In this document: one piece after another, positions 58,040 to 64,000 of the stretch
How positions within the stretch are numbered: position 1 is the first letter of the stretch
Layout: every line of letters starts with the position of its first letter
The notes under the pieces: generated by a model
What the model was told of the DNA's origin: nothing
What the model saw: only the letters and a program-made list of their open reading frames with translations
The model's database searches: none
Assembly: GCA_051294375.1 (NCBI GenBank)
Contig: CM119264.1
Location: 7,337,814 to 7,401,813, forward strand
Direction of reading: 5' to 3'
Origin: Paraspadella gotoi
Lineage: Eukaryota; Animalia; Chaetognatha
DNA: 64,000 bases
Made by a program: the position numbers and the translations under genes

Positions 58040-61000
58040 CCTAGCAAAGAGAATTTTATGTAGGAAATTATCCACGACCATTACAAAATGTCAAAGCGGG
58101 TTCGGTATCGTACAGCGAGCCGATCCCTTAATGCGGCGTGCGGAGATTGCCGGCATCAGCGTAACGAAAACGACGCATTGAGAACAAACCATGGCGAAGC
58201 GGGTGCCACCATGAGGCACGCTATTTCAAGGGTGGAGCATTGGAGCAGACTCGTATTAGTCCTTAGTGAGCGTTTGGAAAAACAAGAGACTGTCAGAGGG
58301 TATGAAAATGTCTATTGATATCATCACACTCTCGAGCCTCCCTGTCTTCGCCTCTTCCTTTCATTTTTGTGACGACCAATACTATCGGTTGCCCGTGGTT
58401 CTTTGAATTCCAATGTCTAATTCCTATTTCGATATTTTGTTATTCCTTACGTACCGGTTTTCTTACGACGTACCCTAAGACTGTCTGAGGATATGAGAAA
58501 AATCGTGGACCCACGAGGACAGTAAGCGAGAACCGAAATCAATTCACATTCCTACACCATATAATTCCTAACAGAATCCCTAATGGACTGACCATTCTCC
58601 GATGACTTGGACGTATGTGGTCTTTAAATAAGATGTTTAAAAAGATTACTAGCTCAATACTTACATATCCGCCCATGTCCGATATGTCTTCTGTTTTTTT
58701 TTTCCCCGAGCATAGAGTAATTACTTATTAACATAGACCAGTATGAAAAATTGTCCTTATATAATAATAAGCACTCAAATAACTGCGATTTAGACTTGAA
58801 TTCGATCTTGAGATTTCTGAACATTTTACATCGATTTAACTACGAATTCTTTTCGATCTCCTTGTATAGGTGGTTATAAGCCTCGTGACACTCATATTCG
58901 AAACCAGAGATATTAAATGAACAAAAGGTCGGATATACGAGTATTCATTTTTTCAAATAATAAAAGCACTGTTACATTTGAATAAACTTAAAGTATCTTC
59001 GCCTCCTACTAGAACTTGTGGAACAGGATAGAATGAACATGGCAGTGTATCAGTGGGCATGTGCTATTTACTCGTAATATGATGCACAAAGACATTTTTA
59101 ACAATTATAGTAATTATTAATCGCCTGTAGGCAAGAGCGTTCATCAAACTTCAAGACTCTCACAGTCTAGTATATTTAAGGACACATTGTGTTTGCGTAA
59201 GAATACCACGGCTTTTCTATCAAATGAAGTTTGGTATACCAAATGTGTTAAAGCAATTGTTCGTCAGAAATGTATCAGGGCAAATTACAATTCTTGGGAA
59301 TACTAACGTGTAACTATCGTAAGCAGTATCATATTGTAAAATTAACTCTCATTGTTTTGAGATTATCCAAATTGCATAAGATCGGATAAGCTTATTCAAT
59401 TAATGAATATATAAAAATAATTCCAAAATAAAACCAATATCTATAAGAAATATTACGAGAGAACTATAACATAATTCCAATGTTATACAACGAGTGACAA
59501 TTTATCTCGACGTATGTAACCAAAAAGAATTTGAAAATTGAAAGGAAAGAATTAGCCGACCTAATTTTGAATGAAAAAAAAATGAGACCTTAATAGTCAT
59601 TCGGTGTATGATATCTCAGTTTCGGTGCAATGGTGAACTTTGTTTTGTAATGATTTTATCATAGGTATAGCCATACTTCTTAAAAGATAGGACGACCTTA
59701 AAGAAACTATTACTACTGGTGGTAAAAATTGGGAATCAATTAAAGCAAATTGAGATTCATATCTTGGATTGTTGGAAGACAAAACTGAATAGCAAGTTCT
59801 GGAGAAAGAGTACAAATCTAATATCGGTGATACTTCATAGAGAGACAATATACACTCTCGCCATAGAGCATTTGAGAAAACAACATTAATTGATTATGGG
59901 CCATAACCTGAGAATATACAACGGAAAACACCGAAAGAGAAGCGAAATAACAAAACTGATGGAGCTTAGAGAAACGTTGAGGACCAACGAAGATGAATAG
60001 AGTTTGAGTAGCGATGTATGACGCACAGAAGAAGAAGAGAGAAGATGGATGGAGAGGGCAGGGGTAAATGGGCAAGGCACTTGCAAGACTTCAATCTTCT
60101 ACACTGTGAATCTTGATTGTCAATATAGGCAGTAGAGGAGAGAGCCGAATTGCGAAACATTGAGGAGATAGCACAAGTAAGCCAGACACTCAGGACGAGG
60201 TTGTAAATGAGAGAAAATTAAAAATAAGTATCCTTTTAATAAAGAGGACGCGAGAAATCTCCGAGGACGAACAAATAAGTCGAGGTACGTGACTTCTTGA
60301 CGAACGCTTGTGAATATGCTTCTCAGTCCCGGAGCACCAGAGCGAGAAGGAAGCGATCAGCCGTACGTCTGTACTACACGATCGCGATCATCCTACACGT
60401 CGCATTATCGGTTAGCGACGCATCCTCATAGCTGGTTAGTTTATCTGTCAATTAGTCCGAATCATCGTAGACTCGCACTGTTTCCGTCACCACTGGTCAG
60501 ATCAGTGTGTCACAGGAGTTATCACGCATACAGATGAGGTTTTACAAATACGAATTCATCCTTGTATCATTATGTATAATAGATATGCTGTAGATCCTCA
60601 AGAGTCAGCCCTAATTAGACTCACCAAGAGAGTTCTTGGTCGTGATCATTACCTTTGAATCCCATCTGTGCGGGTTGGGACACATCTCTCATCTCATTCT
60701 GAACTCATCACAACTAGTTACTTGACTTCTCTTTCTTAGAAGACTTTGGCTCGTCTCTTGTTTTTCTCGCTTCTCTTCCATCTACGTAGCAAAAGCAAGG
60801 ACTTTCAATTACCGTTTTATTCTTCTCTCCTAATCTAGCTACTCTCACTTAAGCGTCTCGCGAGCGCGGCCTCACAATCCTATCACTCGCTCTCTTTCTT
60901 CTTCTAATACTCTCTCTTTCTGTTTATCCACTGCATTGCGGAGACACATGCTAAGTTTACGAATATTTCTCTTTCTTACCTCTTTTTATATTTTCCGTTC

Positions 61001-63700
61001 AAATAGTCGTTTCATGATCTGTTGATAGGGAATTTTCTAGGTAACGTATAAGCTCATCAAACATAAAACCCTTTTATTTAAATCCCACTTTTTAATAAAC
61101 ATTTAGATAATATTGTTTATCGTTCTCCTTATATTATTTTTTAAACTGCCTTCTTTCTCTCTTGTCTTCGGTTAAACCAGTGTATCTCTCAACCACTCTT
61201 TTGTCACTCCTTTTCCCCTAATCACAGTTGATTCGGGGCGCGGCGGCGTCGTGCGTCGCATAGCACGTCGCCGCGAATAGCACTCTATCCGCGTCGCGCG
61301 CTCGTCATGGAACACTGAGAATTGGGACGGCGAGCTGATCCGAAGAGAACGTAAAGTCACCTTTTCCCGCAAAATATTCATATCCGTTTTTTTTATTTGA
61401 TCTCCAGAGACTCCGTATTTTTACAGTTCGTCACATGTACTGGCGAGCGCGCCTGGATATATGAGTTAGACCGAGTAGTCCATATAATCTATTGGAGTCA
61501 AGAATAATTTATTTCAGGGCATGAGAAATGTATTAAATCCCAAAACATTGCAGCACTCAATGTAATTGTCAGGCTCATTTTGAACTCTCGTCTCTGCCTT
61601 CTCTGTGACTTCTCGTCTTCGTCGTTCCGCGTCGCGCGAGAGTCGGATGACATTTTTCTCTTTTGGATTGGCGCTCCCATCCCCAGCTCTGTTCCTTGAC
61701 TTTTCGTCTATTTTCTCTCTGTCGTCTCTATCACTTTGCCTGAACTTGCTTCGTTCCATCCTATTCTCTCTCCTCTGTTCTACCCTGACAATCTTCCTTT
61801 CGACTTTTCTTCTTCTACTCTCTGTGATTCTTTCTTTCATTCTTTGTCTTGTCTGTCTTTCTTTCCCTATTTCTCTATCTTCACGTTTCTTTTCTCTCTT
61901 TCTTTCACCCTTTCTTTAGTAAAATCTCTTTCCTAGTGCTTCACTTTCTCTATCTCTATTCTAAAATTTCTTTTCATGTTATCTGTATGTCGCGTTTTCA
62001 ATATTTTACTTATCACATAATATATTTATAATTATTAAATCTTGCGCTTTTGCGTTTTAACTTTCCATTCCTTTATACTTCACCTTTTAATTCTACACTT
62101 TATATTCTTTAGATTCTTTATACACTATTGTTGATTTCGTCTAAATTATACCCTTCTCCTCTTCTTCTCTCTCTATTCAGTAATAATTCTCATATATTCA
62201 ATCTTCTTTTCCTCAGCGCACTATACGACTCCCCTGAATTCTGACACGTCATCCTATCTATATATCGTCCTCAAGTCTCCTCACTCTAGTGCCCATACTG
62301 TTCCGCAGTTACCTTTATATGTACTTTTTCCGGTTAAATACTCCCTCAAGTATTGAAATCGGAGGCACAACATATCGGATACTGTATTTTACTCCCGTCA
62401 CTGCATCAAGAGTGTAGATCCTCACGAACTAAGACCCTTTCATGAACATTTGGTCAATCGACATTGGTCCAGCGACAACGGAGTATAAGGTCCGTCACGC
62501 CCAGATTTAATCGCACCGACGGAGAGAACATCAATACACAGAGATCGGTAACACTATCTCAACTATACACAACTGACATCAACAATCACTACCATCCGCT
62601 TACCCGAGACATCCGCGTAATGCGAGTCTCCGAGGCTCTGGGAGTGCGACATCGTCATTCGGCGTCTCTTTTGTCCGCGGACAGACTTCAATTATCAGTC
62701 GCGCACGTTAATATTGCCAAGATTCGAGTGAGAAGCGGTATATATGATACGAGCGCGAGCGCTCACGACTCCGGAGATTAGACTGTGTTCATCAGCTGCA
62801 CTAACGGCGCGTCCTTCAGAAGAGTTGGTGAAATAATAATCATGATCTCACACGGAGAGTCAGGACAGAACTTTCGTTTCCCTTTTTTTGGTTAAGTATC
62901 CGTAGTAGCTCTTTCTGTATCTCTTTCTTCTTATTTCATTATTCTTACACTAATTTTTATTTATTCTTATTCAAATCCTTATCTCTATTTCTATATCTTA
63001 GTTTATATTTTGATTTTCGAGTAATCTACGTTTAAGGACTTTGTTTCATAACGTTACATTTCTTTGTGTTATAGTATTAATACCTCGTTATCCTCTTCTT
63101 GAGACGAGAGAATCGTCTTTGGTTCTCTTTCTTTCACTCAACACGTTGTTTCCTCTCAACAGAGAGTACGAGCCTCATAGAGACGAGAGTACAGAGGAGA
63201 GATGAGAGAGGCTAGACAGAGAGAGGAGAGCACGGAGAGAGGACGAGGAGACGCGGAGAGAGACGAGAGACGGAAAGAGAGAGAGAAAGGAGAGAAGAAG
63301 AGAGCAGAGAAGAAAGAAAAGAGAGAAGGAGAGTGCACGAGAGCCAGATCAGCGACTGAGAGAGTACGAGAGAGTACACGCGATGCACAGAGGAAACAGC
63401 AGAGACGAGAAGAGAGCAGAGAGAGAGAGATAGAGAGAGAGAGTCTTTCCTCTTTTTGTCACGTGAGAGTCGTTAAACTGTTTCTTTGCCTTTCTCACAC
63501 TGCGAGGGATTATCTCTCTCCTCGGTCTCTCTCTCTCTCTTCTCTCTCCGATCCTCTCTCTATCTCTCTCTCATTCTCTCTTAGTCATCTCTGCATCCGT
63601 CTCTTCTCTCTCTCCATGCAATCCCTATCTCCTTTGTTTCCTAGTCCTTCCAATTCTCTGCTCTACTTCATATAAGATATTTTCCCATTAAATGGAAAAA
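58040..63700. other. Low-quality, insertion-rich duplicate of about 55655-58015 (gap-fill artefact)
   Basis: Anchors recur in order with about twofold expansion, e.g. gcaaag(ag)aattttatgtagg and ggggcgcggc(g)gcgtcgtgcgtcgcatagca. Confidence 0.8.
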
Positions 63701-64000
63701 AAAAAAAAAAAAACGGTGGAAAAAAAACTCTTATACAAAATTTTTGTCGATAACATTTTTCCTTCATTTCACATTGGTTCACTCAGATTGGTTTTTCGAT
63801 TCAAACCATCTGCCCAACGAATTTTGCGATTTTTAACCTATTACCCGATTTATCAACAAATATGCGCTTCAAACTTGAGCTGTGAAGTTCTCTGGATAAA
63901 ATCGGTGCGCTCACCAGATATCCAGGAATTTTTCAACATCTCTCTCTCTCTACAATAGGTCAGATACCCAACAAAATTTCAAAGCCACGACATTCTTATA

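Noticed and set aside
58040-63700. Novel ORF-rich region
   Set aside because: It is a noisy expanded copy of 55655-58015, so the ORFs are not credible.

Overview
Eukaryotic (animal-like) draft-assembly DNA with AT-rich introns, many microsatellites, N gaps and two noisy gap-fill duplicates (about 5.0-8.5 kb and 58.0-63.7 kb). I rebuilt four spliced host genes by hand: a DNAJB6-like chaperone (+, 1521-17442), GLT1D1 (-, 17961-20995), a calmodulin-like four-EF-hand gene (+, 45240-47810) and an SLC1-family transporter with altered ion and substrate sites (+, 50121-54208). DNAJB6 intron 4 holds a same-strand nested gene encoding only the tail/linker of an axonemal dynein heavy chain (no motor, X-box-like site upstream), plus a frame-compatible His/Asn-repeat cassette exon. 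From 25.5 to 38 kb lies a virus-like island of co-oriented orphan ORFs, a mucin-like membrane protein gene and two polar arrays of a 22-bp CRE-containing repeat; no viral hallmark gene is visible. Three minimal hammerhead ribozyme motifs with covarying stem II (about 36.27, 40.78 and 43.22 kb) mark a Penelope/retrozyme-like element family. All homology calls come from motifs I recognised by eye; no searches were run.
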